DNA from: Lama guanicoe
Taxonomy: Eukaryota
DNA length: 64,000 nt
Direction: 5' to 3'
Assembly: GCA_013239625.1 (NCBI GenBank)
Contig: MU053629.1
Coordinates: 895,567-959,566, forward strand
The notes under the pieces are model-generated. The model made no database searches, was not told where the DNA came from, and saw nothing but the letters and a program-made list of their open reading frames with translations. This document shows, piece after piece, positions 38,200 to 52,818 of this stretch; positions within the stretch are counted from its first letter, which is position 1, and each line of letters begins with the position of its first letter. A program made the translations under genes and the position numbers.

Positions 38200-41100
38200 T
38201 TAAGGGACCCACCCATCACCCACCCCCGGGGGCGCCTCCCCCGCCGTCCGCCCCACTGCGGCCGGCGGAGCCCACCTCCCCCGCCACCCCTCCCCCCGCC
38301 TCGGGCCGCACCTGGCGCACCTGGGCCAGCAGGCGTCGGGCTCTGGGGAGGGGCCCTGCCTGTTCTCCGCAGCCCTTCCTTTTCATCTCGCTGGTCTAAA
38401 GTCAAAGAACCGAGGTGGGAAGCCGGAGTGATGCTGAGAAGCTTCTGGAAGCAGCACTTTCTTTCCCAGAAGGGGCTGTAGGTGGAGGCGGGGTGGGGGG
38501 AGGTTGCGTTCGGCCCCGTGTCTCGGGTCCCCTGGGACGTGCACTTTGCGCCGCTGGCATTATTTACTAGGAGGGTGGGGACGGAAGAGGTCCCTCCTCT
38601 TGGAAATCCGTTCGTTTGGGAAGGGCGCTCCCAGGTCAAGTCTGAGGCATTGCCGGACTTTGGGGCCTGGGGATGCTAAACTCCCCCATCCCTGTTCACC
38701 CTTGATTTCATGAAAGCCTGTTTCTCTGGGGTGGTTGAGACAGTGACAGCGCGTGTTCTGGCTTAATATGCGGACCTTTGCCCTTCCCTTTCTTAACCTT
38801 CCCTCCTCCCAAGTTCTCTTCCACAGATAGATATTCCTTTGTTACCGAGTCTTGAAAAAAGTTGGCCAAATGGCTACGATCATTGAGTGTTTTCTCTTGC
38901 CAGCTTCCCCTCCCCCACGTTGAGTGTGATACCTGCCTTCCTTTCTCCTAAAGCAAAGTATCCCGCAAACAGGAACAGGATTTCAGGGGTGGTTTAAGCG
39001 TTTGCTGTTTGTTGATTTTGAGTGTGTGTTTTCAATTAAGATTCTCAAACACCTTAGGGAATTTTATGACAAGCGATAATACGGGGCCCTGCCGTGCTTA
39101 ATAGCAGCCTATTCTGAGTAAATCATAATGGTTAAGTGTATGCAACGGCATTATGGTTGGCCACAGAAACTATGAGACCTATTTTGCGTAAAATACAAAG
39201 AAGTAAACAGGACCTCTTAAGAGGAACACCTCACTAGGTGAAGTTTCAGACGAAATAGACAGGAACCAGGAAATCGATAGGCAAAAGATCGATTTCTGCA
39301 GAGGACAGGACAGCAAAGGTCCCATGGATGTCTCTGAATCTGGCCGGGCGATGAATGAATTCCAGCTCCCTCTCCGCCTGGCTCGCAGCTGTCCTTGAAC
39401 CATTAGAACCAATAGAACGTGATGGATAGGAGCAAGAACTCTGGACCCAGGCTGCCAGGATTTGAATCCTTTAACTACTCAGTCCCTCAGTTCCCTGACT
39501 GTACAGTGTGGGGTAGTGACAGTACCTGCCTGTTGTGAAGGTGAAAAGAAGCACGTGTAGAGAAGTTGCAGTGCAGCTTAGCACACTAGACTAAGTGCTC
39601 TGTGTCAGTAGGTGTTAAAACTGTAGCACCCTCCTCATCCCTCATTCCTCCTTTGCTTACAATTCACCAGCTGTCGAAGGGTCTTAAAAATGGCCTGCTC
39701 ATTGCACTCTAACCTAAAACTCTCCATTCAAATGCTTCTGATTAATCTTTTTTTTTTTTTCTTTTTGCACCTTGAATGGAGAGAGGATGCCGGCTGGGTG
39801 GAAGGAATGTTTGGTGAGGTCGAAGTGGTATTAGTGGTGAAAGTCTGTGGAACTCTCCTCCCCCTGCTCAGAAAGGGAGTATGTGGTCCTGTACAGGAGA
39901 GCCTTCTATCGACTCCTGGCCTGGTGATCGATGTTGGACACAGAAGATAAATTTTATGAAGAGCACGTTGTTACTACTACGCTCACCTTCTCTTTTGGGC
40001 TTAGTTTTTATAACCACACTCTTCCTGGGTCTGTTGGCTAAAGATGGTGTTTTCATTCTTTCCAAAGCTTTATATTAAAAGTGGTTTAAATAGGTTCAAT
40101 TTTTTTTTAAGTATGTTTCGAAAATAGTCTATCCGAGTGATTGGACGGTTACGAAACTTTTTATGACAGCAGTTTGAGGACTGGGTCAGACCACTGAAGA
40201 GCGAATGTCCAATTGAGAGCTGTTCCTAACTTCTGGAAGATGTTAGGAACTTAAAGGTGGCTGATTTAAGGTGGTTTCTTGGTAGCTGTTAGACAAAGCT
40301 GTGAGTTAAACTAGCAGTCACAGTTTTTCTTGGTAGCAAAGATGAAAGTTTAGAGACAGTCACAAGCCCCTGCAAAAAATACGTGGTGAGTTGGCCCTGA
40401 ATTCAGTTTCTCAAAGGTTCAGTCAGGCTGTAGTTAATTGGCCCTATTACACCAGCGCTTACCTTGGAAAAAGCAGCCATCCCTTTTTTTCCCTCTCGGT
40501 TTGTTTTTCCAAGGTGTGTGGGCCCTTCAAAATGTTGGAGTGAGGCTACTTTGCTTGATGTAATGGTTGGCTCCAGGTCTTATGACCCAGTAGGGTTTTG
40601 TTTGTCTCTTGTCCTTATCAAAGGGAAAAAGGGAGCAAGAAAAAGCCAGTTCTCGTTCCTCCTTTCTGGACGGTACCCGGCAAACGAGGGGACTTAAAGC
40701 TGCAGCCTGTAGGTTCTTAATTGGCAACTTTATTAAATCATGGAAAATAACCAATTTATAAAAATTCCCAGCCCTTTCCTCTTTAAGTTAGTAACTATTT
40801 CCAAGACCAGGAATCTAAGAGTGCATTTTGTGCTCACATGGGGTGGCAGTAATGAGAGTGTCTCCTCTGGCTTTCTGCTTTCACGCACAGGCAAGGCGAA
40901 GGCACTGCCCCGTTCACATCCCTCTCGCTCATTATACAAATATGCCTCGTGGATTACAGGCTTCAGTGCAGATTGAGGAGATGGTTTTTATCTCTTATCC
41001 ATGGGAGTGTCCCTTAATGTCATCCGTGTTTTCCCCCCTTTCCTTACCATATAAGGGCAGAAGTTTAACTTGGCTGTAGTGACTTGGTCTTACACAGTAA

Positions 41101-41913
41101 GCTGGGTGAAACCGTCTCTGTACAACAACAGTTTGCATGCAGTAAAAAGGCTTGACCTTCATCATCCCACGCTGCACTCCAGTTCAGGCAGGACTTTGAA
41201 AATATGTTCCAGAGGATTTATTTTTAGGATATAGTATTATTCTCCTCCAGTTTTTTTCCTTAATAATCTTAACTGGAAAACTTTTTTTAAGAAGTAAAAA
41301 GCATTGCTATTTTTAAATTGTCTTTAATTGTATTGGCTGTAACATCTGGATTTCATGAAAGTCTAGGCCATGTTAAAGTTTTTGTTTAAATATGATTTGG
41401 AGTAGTATCTTGCTTTATTGTGTGGGCATGTCCTTGATTTCTGTGTAGTGTCTTGTTGGGACGGGACTGGGGTATACCTGCCCTTGTTTTCTGTGTAGGT
41501 AGCTGGTACCTTGCCAGAGGATGGGGGGAGACATACGCAGATCGAAGCCGGCTCACAAATGCAGAGCACCCGGTGGTGGTTTAACAACAAATCTGCAGGA
41601 AGACAATTGGTAGCCCTTACTAATATAGCAGTCTCTTTTTCTGAGTAGCTCATTACAAGTTGGGACACAATAGCACTTTTGAAATAAAAGAAACCATCAT
41701 TCCAGGCTGAGAGACTTTGCCAGCAGTGTTGATACATGCGCTGTTGTTAGAAGCTAACCCAGTGCACTCAGGGTGAGTTCCATGCCTGGAAGTAATTTGC
41801 TTCTGGGGTCTTGACCCTTCCCAAACGCCTTGTTATTTATATCTGCTTTTTAAATAACAGATGGTCATGTGGCTGTGGGGTTTGTACTGGCAGAGGCAAC
41901 GGCAGGTTAAGTC

Positions 41914-42109
41914 TTTTTTTTTTTCTTTTTAACATTTTTTTATTGAGTTATAGTCATTTTACAATGTTGTGTCAAATTCCAGTGTAGAGCACAATTTTTC
42001 AGTTATACATGAACATACATATATTCATTGTCACTTTTTTTTTCGTTGTGAGCTGCCTCAAGATCTTGTATTTATTTCCCTGTGCTATATGGTATAATCT
42101 TGTTTATCT
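41914..42109 (-). mobile_element. Short L1-type 3' end insertion
   Basis: poly-T plus L1-like tail; perfect 10-bp TSD aggttaagtc at 41904-41913 and 42110-42119. Confidence 0.82.
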
Positions 42110-45100
42110 AGGTTAAGTCAAGTAGACTGCCCATGTGCTGTATTAAAGAGAACCTTAGAAAATACCTAAATAAACCTCAGAACTCAGGGAATATATACCA
42201 GAAATAAAAGCTGGCGAAGGTGAGCGATGGGAGCCTTTTGAATACAGAGCATAATCCCCCCCAAAAAAACAAAACTATAAAGTGCCCTTAATCAACTTAT
42301 CGAATTAAGTGTATCTTGAATTTTAGGGAACCAAACCAAATTGCAATCACACCAGCCAGGTCAGGTCTGAGAAGCCAGATTTTTCCTAGAGGAAGCTTAC
42401 GTGGAGATAGATGGACCCCAGACACTGCTCTCAAACCGGGGCTGTAACCTACAAGCACCTCTGCCCGTCTGGTCTGAAACCTCTGGGGCAGCAGGACTTG
42501 GCTTCTGGCTCTCGCTGAAGACCTTTCTTGTGGGCTGGGTGGGGAGTTGCTGTAGAGAACCTGCCACTCTGACATCAGAAGGCAGAAGGACCCTGTAGGT
42601 GAGAACCACCAATCCCAGCGCTTCCGCGAGGTGCCAGGAGGCCTGGAGAAGCGAGGCGAGCCAGCACAGGAGGAGCAGGGGGCTTGAGTGTTACTCTCCT
42701 CTCCCGCTGATGGCTGTGTGACCTGAGCACGCTTCAGCCCCTGGGGTCAAAGTTCCCTCCCTTTTTCTGTTTTGTCTTTAACCTAGAGCTAGATGAGTGG
42801 TTCCCACAGGATTTGCCAGCTCCTCTGGATGGTGGGTGGGGTAGAGAGGTGGGACCGGTTGCTTCTTTGTAGTGCGGATTCCTGCCCTTCTCTCTGGCCT
42901 CTTGAGTCACCATCTCTAGGGATCTGGCCTGGAAATTTGTATTTTTAATATGCAGCTCCTAGTGAATTCTGACACCCAGCCCGTTGTGGGAACTGCTGGA
43001 CGAGGCCTTCCAGCTAAACCACTGTGACCCCGTTTTGCAGACCACCCACAGGTCTGCTCTCTGTGTTGCCTCAGCCTGGCTCCTGGAGCAGGTTCCCACT
43101 CCCAGTCGTCGTTGGGGTGCCCTGTATGAGGCCTAGGACACAACCTCCTGTACAGTCTGCAAAATGCCCCAGGAGGGACAGAGTTAGTGACGTTTATAAA
43201 AGTGTCTGAGCTAAAGGAAAGAACAGTAAGAGGGGAGATGCATATTGATGGGGGGGGCCTCTCTCGGGGGAAGATCATTTGTGCAGAGGAGGACGGAGCA
43301 CCGGGAGCTGTCTCCTTACTCCGACGCCCTAGCTGTGTGGGAGGCTGGGGACCTTGCCTGGCCTGTCACCTGGAAGTTTCTTTCCCCAGAGCATAAATGG
43401 TCTCCTTTCTATGAGTACAAAGTCCTCCAGGTTGGGGCCCAGCGAGAAAACAGCAGGGAACTTAGAGTGTTGGGGTTGCTGTGAAAATCGTTCTAAAAAT
43501 CCTGTTGACGTTTCTCCAGCCGCAACACCTGCGAGAGAGATATTTAAGAAAGTCGGGTGGCGGGAAATACTCTTGAGTACCTGACCTAGACGTTCTGAGT
43601 TTTTTGTTGGTGGCGGTGTTTTGGAGAGTGGTTTTTGTTTTACTCTTCCTTTTAGTTTCAGCTTTCAGAGTGGCTTGTTCTCCCCCTGTTCATAAAAGAA
43701 AGAGAATTTTACTGGAAATGGAAAATACAGAAAAGAAATCTGACCTGACCCCAAAAGTATACCCTTAATGTATACCTCCTTCCAGTTTTTTTTAAAATGG
43801 GGCTAAAATCTTTTAAATAAGATATGTGTTACCCCTATTACCTTCAGCCCTCCTCCAGAAAAACCCAACATTCATCTGCCAGTCAGGCCTGGTGGGGCCC
43901 TGACTGGCTGTGCACCTGTAATGATTTACTCTGTGAGCCAGTACAATTGTAAACTGACCTTGGCTTCATTTCACATTTCCTCCTGCTCCCTGCCTCTATC
44001 AACCCATTGTTACTACATAGTTAATTTTTGACAAGAGAAAAGTGTATTTGAATGTTTTTGTAGAGAGCCCTTCACCGTGGTTGGAGATGCCCTAATCACC
44101 TCTTTCCCAGACAGAACTTGGCTTTTAGAATTTCACAAATCTAGATGAGCAAAGAGCAGAATGTTCTCATGTTCCTTTAGTTCAAGGCCATAATCACAGC
44201 CTCTAATTACACGTGCATGTGCAACTGTACATCATGCGTCCAGGAGCTAAGAAAGTTGCTTTTGTTTAAATTAGGTTGGTTTTACTCATTGTATTCGGTA
44301 GACATTTACTGAGCCCATACTCTGTGCAGAGAATCGTAATTCCTTGCACATAAGATGCTGAGTAAGGAAAACAGGAATGTAGATGGAGCTAGCATAGGTC
44401 CCTAAGTGCATGTTGTGATTTTTAGGAAACTCTCAAGTGTCCTGAAAACCCCATCACCCCAGCGCACATTCAGAGTGGACAAGGAAAGGAGACCGGATTA
44501 GCAGACTCCATCTTTCACTTCCATGCATTATGTTTAAACAGCCACCAATGCAAGTGTATATAATGGACCATCCAGTCATACAAGTATTCCGAGGTGCATA
44601 GTAACAAATGGTAACTGTTGCATCCCCAAGAAAAAAAATCTTACTTCAGAGACAGATACCAAGTAGAAAGAGTATCTACAGTGCTTTTCTCCTAAGGAGC
44701 TTGAAACTCTTCTTGTAGCAACCTTGACCTGTGAGAAATTCCAGTAGACTTAGGTTAAAAAACACTTGAGAAATTTGTGTTGGCCCTGTTCCAGCATGAC
44801 CAGTTATTCTAAAGGGGTTGCTGAAGGGGAGGGGGCCTGCTGGGTTTTGTTGTGTCTGTATGGTGTATATTTTAGAACCACTGAATTGAAAGATATTTTA
44901 GTTCCTTTATAAAGCCCCTTTGAGAAAGTGGCCGGGAGAAAGGAGAACTGAGACTCCTGAGACCGGGTCTCACTGTCACTGAGCGCTCTTGTCTGGTGTG
45001 GCTGAGCCTGGCTAGGTCAGTTTCATCACCTCCATCCACACCTCAGGCCCACCAAGTGCAGTGGCTGTAGTGAAACTCTCCTTTAACAGGCAGGTAAAGC

Positions 45101-45343
45101 CAGCGTGGAGAAACCCATAGAAGAAAGGAACCATGTGAGAGCGCGTTTGGTCCGCCTGCTTGATGAGGATGGTGTGTGGGGGTCTGTGTGTAGCCCAGGG
45201 TGGACGTTCTCTGCGGAAATCACAGGATGGACTTGTCCAGCAACTCCAGAGTCGACCAGGGCTTGTAACCCACGTGAAGGTAGCTCAGCATGAGGCCCAG
45301 GCTTGCTGTCTGGCACCAGGGCTTCGGTCTCAGCCCCTCCTGA

Positions 45344-45535
<192 letters not shown>

Positions 45536-47544
45536 TGAGGACCCCTGGTCCAGCCCACCTGTTAGCATAGCCTTTCCTCCTGGTGGCACAGGAGGGCTTC
45601 TCTGATCTTGGGCGTTGAAGAAGGTTCCAGTACCTTTATGGGATCGTTTCCTCACTTGATCCAGGCGTAGCTACTGGTTTTGTTCATTAAACATTAGCAG
45701 GACGCCTTTGTGCAAAGCACTGCTTTAAACTCCAAGGTTCTTAAGCAGAAAAAGACCCTCTTCCTGCCCTCGGAGAGCTCACCACCCAGTGAGGGAGACG
45801 GACGTGTAAACAGGCGGTTCTGGGGATGCTTGTTGGTTCTTTCATTCCTGCTGATCGTGGAGTAGTTGGGCGTTTTTTAAAAAGATAACTTTATTTTAAA
45901 ACATACCAGGGAGGCTTAGGCTTAGAAAAAGCGTAGGCCACTGGTTGTAGAATAGCCCAACAAGTGAGGAGAAGGGAAAGCACAGATAAAACAGAAATAT
46001 GGTCCACAAAAGTGCATTGTTCTGGACTTAGTAAAGCCGATAAGACACACGCGCACAGATAAATAGTCAGATACGCATGTTTTCTGAGCCTGCTCCCCCT
46101 GTGACCTGGCTCTACCTGACTCATAACCCCAAGATTCAGGCTTGTGGTAGTAAAGGAACCCCAGGGCCATATCGGCCAGCTCAGCATCGTGTATTCCAGG
46201 AGGCATTGTCTCTCATGCTCGGCCGCTCAAGTTAACGTGTTCACATTGCTTGGAAGCACTCCAAGCAAGACTCCTCGAGACTCGAGGGAGCTCTGCCACT
46301 TGAGGGGTGGCCGAGTAGTGTGGTGCCTCAGACACTAGAAGTGTGTGCTGTGCCGTGGCCTGGGCGGGTGCGTGCAGTCAGTCATCGTGTCCACCTCTCC
46401 ATCTTGGAGGTGCGTGTCTGCCCGTCCACCACGCATGAAGAGTGACTTCAGGCCTTAGGGTTAAAGAAGGTCTTCAGCTGAAGTTTTCAGCTCATTATTC
46501 ACTGTTGCTTACTGTTTCTTTTCTGGCCAAGAGTTTTGGAATCCTTAAGATGAGTCATCATCTCTTACAGTGTACACATAACCAGAGGCTTTGTGGCTGC
46601 CTTCTTCGGAAAGACACTTGCTAGTGGACCTAAAGGGCAATCTGGCAAAGGTAGACTTGGGAGTAAAAAGGTATTAGAGACATTTAGTCCAGTCCCGTGG
46701 TTTTACAAATGAGAAAACGAGGGTTCAGAGACTGGTGTGGCCCGCCCAAAGCCTCAGAGAATTTACGGCCCAGCCAAGACGCAGGTGTCCTAAAACATAT
46801 TGTAGTGCTTCCTCAAAAAATAGTAATTTGTTTATCTTACTGCCTACTTAGACTTTGCTAAATGAATCCTGTTTTAACATAGCTTGTTATTCCTTACATC
46901 TGTAGTAGATCATAGGTCAATTAACATTTTCCAAAACTTACCACCATGCTGAAGGATTCAGACATACGCATCAGCATAGAAGATGGTTTTGGTCCTGTCT
47001 CTCAACACCTCTGTAATGAGAGCGTTCCGTTATAGGCAGAGCTCAGTTTCTCATCTAAAGCGTTTAGGTTACCCATGTGAAATTGCTATTTTTACAGGTC
47101 TGACATGGTCAGATATCAGCAATTTCGTATGGTTCAAACTAATATTTACGTTTGTGGCTAATGGGATAAGAACAGCTCCTTTCATTGTAGGAAGGAAGTG
47201 CATGAAGATAGATTTGCTTTTGTTCTAACTTTGGTCCATTTTCAAGCTGAAGCTTCCCACCAGAAAAGGGAAAGACATCCCATTATTTATATAGCAAGTA
47301 AACCAGGCTGGCTTTTCCTGATTCCAAGCCTCCCAGATTCAAACAGGATCCTGATATGGTATTTTTCATTTAACATTAGCTGCCTGGACAGTTTCAGCTG
47401 TACCAAAAGTACGAGGTTTCATTCACAATAAGCAGATAGAGAAGTGCGTGTCTTTTTTCACCTTCAGCTCTGGAAAGTCTCGCTTCATGGTTTGGAAAAT
47501 AGAAAGTGGCTCTGTGCTCTGTTTCCGTCTGCCGGTTACAGTGA

Positions 47545-47874
<330 letters not shown>

Positions 47875-48974
47875 TGAGAAGCAGAGTCCCTTTGTCTCCA
47901 GAAAATGGCTCTTAATTTTGACCCTGCGAGGGGATCCCAGGCTTTAAAGCCAATCAGTCACACTGGGAAAGACAAAAGCTTCTGTCCCACTGGCCCCTGC
48001 CCCAAAGACTGGGTTGGCCAGGAGAAGGGAGAGTTGGACCTCTGGTGTGTTGTGGAAGGGCCTGTCATGCCGTCACCGTGCAATCAGTCCCTGCTAGTGT
48101 GACTCACCTAGTGCAGCCCAGTTCAGGCAGACAGAGGCGCAGACCGTGCACTGGCTGCCTGGATTCACGGAGGCCCCTCTCAGTCTGTCCTCCTCTCTCC
48201 TGAGCTTCACAGATGAATCACTCCTGGTCATGTCCCCATAAAACAACCTCTTATGGTAACAAAGCTGACACGACTATTAAGGTTTTAGTTTTTCTTTTAA
48301 TGTAACATGGCTGTCCTGAAATGGCATTGACTCTCCTTTGTTACCATTTTCATCATCAGCATCATCTCCGGGTTACACTGTGCCCACTAGTTTTAAAACG
48401 CTTCAGAGGATCCCTTCTCTGTGGTCCTTTCTTCCACTGAATACAGATTTTACCTCATTAGTTATCTCGCCAGCTTCCCATGCTATTTCTGGTGGCATTT
48501 TTAACCTCCTCCACAAAAAGGAAGTTGAGGTACAGAGCTCTAAATTGATGGAGTTCTTAGGGTTATTTTCAGCCTTGTCTTGCAGCCCCCACCTCTGCAG
48601 CATAAAAGGCAGCATGTCTCATCATACTGCTATTTTTGAGATTGTGGATTTCATCTCTCTCCCTCCTTCCTCATGTTGGTCTGACTGCTGTGTAATTATA
48701 TGGGCTTCACCTGGGTCGGACTTAAAATGAGCCAGCCCACTCATAAGTGACCGTTCTGGGCTTTGGTGAGCAGAAGCCTCTGGTCTCCTCTCCACTGGCA
48801 CTCCTGGTGGAGACTTGCTTCTCTCCAGCCCACAGGAAAGAGGATACTCCTGTTTGTAGACAAGAACTCTGGCGGGGGGTGGTGGAGGTGCTGATGGATC
48901 CAGCCCCAGCCCCAGCCCCCCTGCTCAGAGCTTGTAAGCGCCATGGTGTGTATGTTCTGTTTGTCCTGCTGCAG

Positions 48975-49045
48975 GTGGCCCGTAAGCTGGTCATCATTGA
49001 GAGTGATCTGGAACGTGCAGAGGAGCGGGCTGAGCTCTCAGAAGG
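48975..49045 (+). CDS. TPM1: TPM1 exon 5
   Basis: ctgcag|GTG...GG|gtaagc; 71 nt; VARKLVIIESDLERAEERAELSE(G). Confidence 0.99.
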
Positions 49046-49302
49046 GTAAGCGGGCCTGGCGCCAGGAGGCCATGTGTGGGGTGCTGCAGAGCAGTGACTA
49101 AACAGCATGACCTTCTGGCAGCTGCACATTGACCTGTTTCGGCTCCGGGCTCCTTATGTGCTCATTTGACGTGGATGAGCCACGAGTATGGAACACGGAG
49201 GACCTGTGTGGGGTGTCTGTGTGAATGCGTGTATCACTGCATGCCTTACCTGCACACTTGATTTTGAGAATGGCCTTGTGCATTTCCTGTGTCCACTAAC
49301 AG

Positions 49303-49378
49303 CCAAGTTCGACAGCTGGAAGAACAGTTAAGAATAATGGATCAGACCTTGAAAGCACTAATGGCAGCAGAGGATAAG
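49303..49378 (+). CDS. TPM1: TPM1 exon 6a (non-muscle, alternative)
   Basis: actaacag|C...AAG|gtactg; 76 nt; QVRQLEEQLRIMDQTLKALMAAEDK. Confidence 0.98.
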
Positions 49379-49728
49379 GTACTGACGGCTCGTGTGTGGG
49401 TTTTAGGTTTAACTGCAACCCAGGTGCCTTTCAGCTTCCAGTGCCTCCTGCTTCGTTTTCATAACACCTGCGCCTCCACCACACCCTCTGCTGTCTTATA
49501 TCTCGCTTTAAGTGCTTTCTTTGGGTCCTTTATACTCCTTTGTTTTTCCTTCATAAATGCTCTTTGGTGCAGCCTGAAAAGAAGCCAAATCATCAGCCTC
49601 CAAGAGTGGTTGGGTTTTGTCACCCTGCCCCCCTGCTGCTGGAAGGTCGGAGGGCAGTGTCCATGGCAACACGCAGCGTTCTGGTACCCGGCGATTTGGC
49701 TCCTTTAAGGCAGCCCTTTGTTCTCTAG

Positions 49729-49986
<258 letters not shown>

Positions 49987-50356
49987 TGAACCCAGTAGTC
50001 CGTTAGGCACTTCAGCAAATGGCATTATTTTGCGATCATCTCCTAACGGTTATCAATAACAGATTCTCTTCTTTTTTAATAGAGAATATATTGTATGTTG
50101 AGCACGTGAGTCATCTGTAACAATTTAATTTAAGCCAAGTGCCAAATGGCTAAGTTATCTTGTTCTCATCCCATGTGAAACAATAGGCGAGAAAACAGAG
50201 AACGCATTGTCATATGCCATTTGATATCAGAGGCTCCATTACCGCCCAGGAGATCCTCAGCGTCTGTTGGCTGGGTTGGCGCTTTTCTTTGTGTGAGAAG
50301 ACACGAGTGTAGGGTGAGCCGTGGCCTGACATCTGGAACGTTCTTTCTAATTACAG

Positions 50357-50419
50357 TACTCGCAGAAGGAAGACAAATACGAGGAGGAGATCAAGGTCCT
50401 TTCTGACAAGCTGAAGGAG
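50357..50419 (+). CDS. TPM1: TPM1 exon 7
   Basis: ttacag|TAC...GAG|gtaaca; 63 nt; YSQKEDKYEEEIKVLSDKLKE. Confidence 0.99.
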
Positions 50420-50700
50420 GTAACATTAGGGGTGTTTGGGATGAGCCAACTGGATTTCAAATGAGTTTGTTTTTATGGAGCCGGTCGTGATTTTTTTTCA
50501 TTTGGAAGTTACGATGATCCAAGTCCCAAATGTTCAGGGGTGGTCTGGGGGTGAGCGAGCTGTGCCAGCTGCCGCCACTCTCTGTAGTGACGGGTGGCCA
50601 TGGACCCAGCTCGTGGGTGCCATGCTTGATTTTCATTCTCTAGTTTCCCTGTCTTTGCAGCCACCAGAAATCTAAAACTTCCTGGTTTTGATTGAAATAA

Positions 50701-50793
<93 letters not shown>

Positions 50794-52053
50794 TGACATT
50801 TTGTTTTTAACTTGATCATTAAGGCTGAATCCTGACCCGGCAAAGTGATTTTCCAGTCCACGGGCATCCTCCTTGGTACACTTTCTTGCTCCGCGCATTC
50901 TTTCTGTCTGCCCTTTGGGGTTTCTATTCTGTGGCTCTTAAACTCTGGGACCTGAGTTCTCTGCTCACCATCAGCCACCAGCCGGGGCACATCTCTTTCT
51001 GTAACAGCAGATGCTGAGTGGCTTTCCTGCACACTCTTCAGAAGTGTGGCAGGTTCATTCTCCATTGTGAGTGAGTCGGTTGTAGGTGAGAATGATGGTG
51101 TATGTTTTATCTTTAGTGACATCTCCGTATTGTCACAATGGTATGGACTTGTTTTTAGGCACAGCCTGTCTTCCTCCAAGTATGAATTCACTGTAAGGGT
51201 TTGGAATTTTTTTCTTCTGAGTTGCTGATCATCTTGGCCAATGCTCTATGTCCTGACAGGGGGTGAGAGTGGAGAAAAAGGACTGTGCACTTTGTCGTTA
51301 CGCTTAAGCATTTATCCCCTAAGATATTTAGGTTTTATTTAAGTAACACCCCTTCTGTCTCTCAGAAATCCTAAATGTTGAGCTCTAAGGCTTAGTGAGA
51401 AAGAAAGGGGAAAAAATGCATTAAATACATACATCAAAGGTGGAAGGGGCTAGAGAAGGGACTGGAGGTTGGTGAGGACGATGGCCAAGCTGGCGGAGAA
51501 GAGAGTGACAAATGGCTGCAAAACAATCTGCCAAAGTGCAGCGAAGTCTGAAACCTTCATCATGACAGAAGCTAAAGTGCAGAATTGGCACAACCACCCC
51601 ATAAAAAATGTGGCTCTCGCTCTCTACGCCTCTCGGAGCAGTGAGGGCCGCTTGAGTGGGAAGACCACAGGAGTAGTCTAGATGGCACCAAGAAATCTAT
51701 GTCCCAGTGGTCTAGTTTGGTCAGGAAGTCAATGGTTTAAAGGTGGAGCCAGATAAGGGTTACAGACTGTAGTCACAAATTGTTCTTCCAAAACAATGCC
51801 CTTGGATGTTTTCCCTACTGTTTATAGTCGCAGGGGCTGACTGCGCCAGTGTAATTAAATTATAGCTCTGAAAAGAAAGATGTTCTGTTAACCATCCCCC
51901 ACCCCCGGCCCCAGGAGACAGCCTCTAGTTTCGTTTCGGATTTAATGTGGTTTACTGATAGACCTACCGTATGTTACGATTTTCATATTGAGTTGTTCTT
52001 GTTTTATTTTCTAATGGGTTTTGTTCTTTTTGTTTCTGTTTCGATTTTATTAA

Positions 52054-52305
<252 letters not shown>

Positions 52306-52812
52306 TAAATGTTCATCCACCCTGCCTGCTCACACCCGTGCCCTCACGCTAACATGACAGACTCACCACCACTCCCTTCTGTATCTCCAGTGTCTCCGTC
52401 TCTACACCTTTCTGCTCACTCTCTTTGCATAACCTGGGACAGGCGTTGTTTTTTCACATGCTACTAACATAAAGGCCAAGTAGGTTGCCTCTGTAGACAA
52501 ACCGTTTTCCTTTCAGAATCCATCCGTTTCCCATTGTCTCAACTAGCCCGTTCCCACCAAGCAGTGAACTGGAGTATGAGTGACTTGGGCACTCTCCTTT
52601 TAGGAGATTATAACTAGGCTCAAGGAAAATTAGTAGGCTGTGCAATGGTGCAGGAATTTCCTAAGAACTACCAAAAGTTGGTTTCCTGAGATTCAGTTAA
52701 ATACAATGTGATCATTTTTCAAAAGAGAATTTCAAACGTAAGGAACTCTATAGTGTCAGATTACAGAGGCGCGGAGGGAAAGGAAATTGATCTGATAGAG
52801 CCTAAAGGATCC

Positions 52813-52818
52813 AATAAA
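52813..52818 (+). terminator. TPM1: Candidate polyA signal for the 9a read-through terminal exon
   Basis: AATAAA ~500 nt after the read-through stop. Confidence 0.45.

Noticed and set aside
37431..38639. Several 150-320-aa ORFs on both strands over exon 1b
   Set aside because: Same CpG-island artefact; only 38068-38199 matches a known protein
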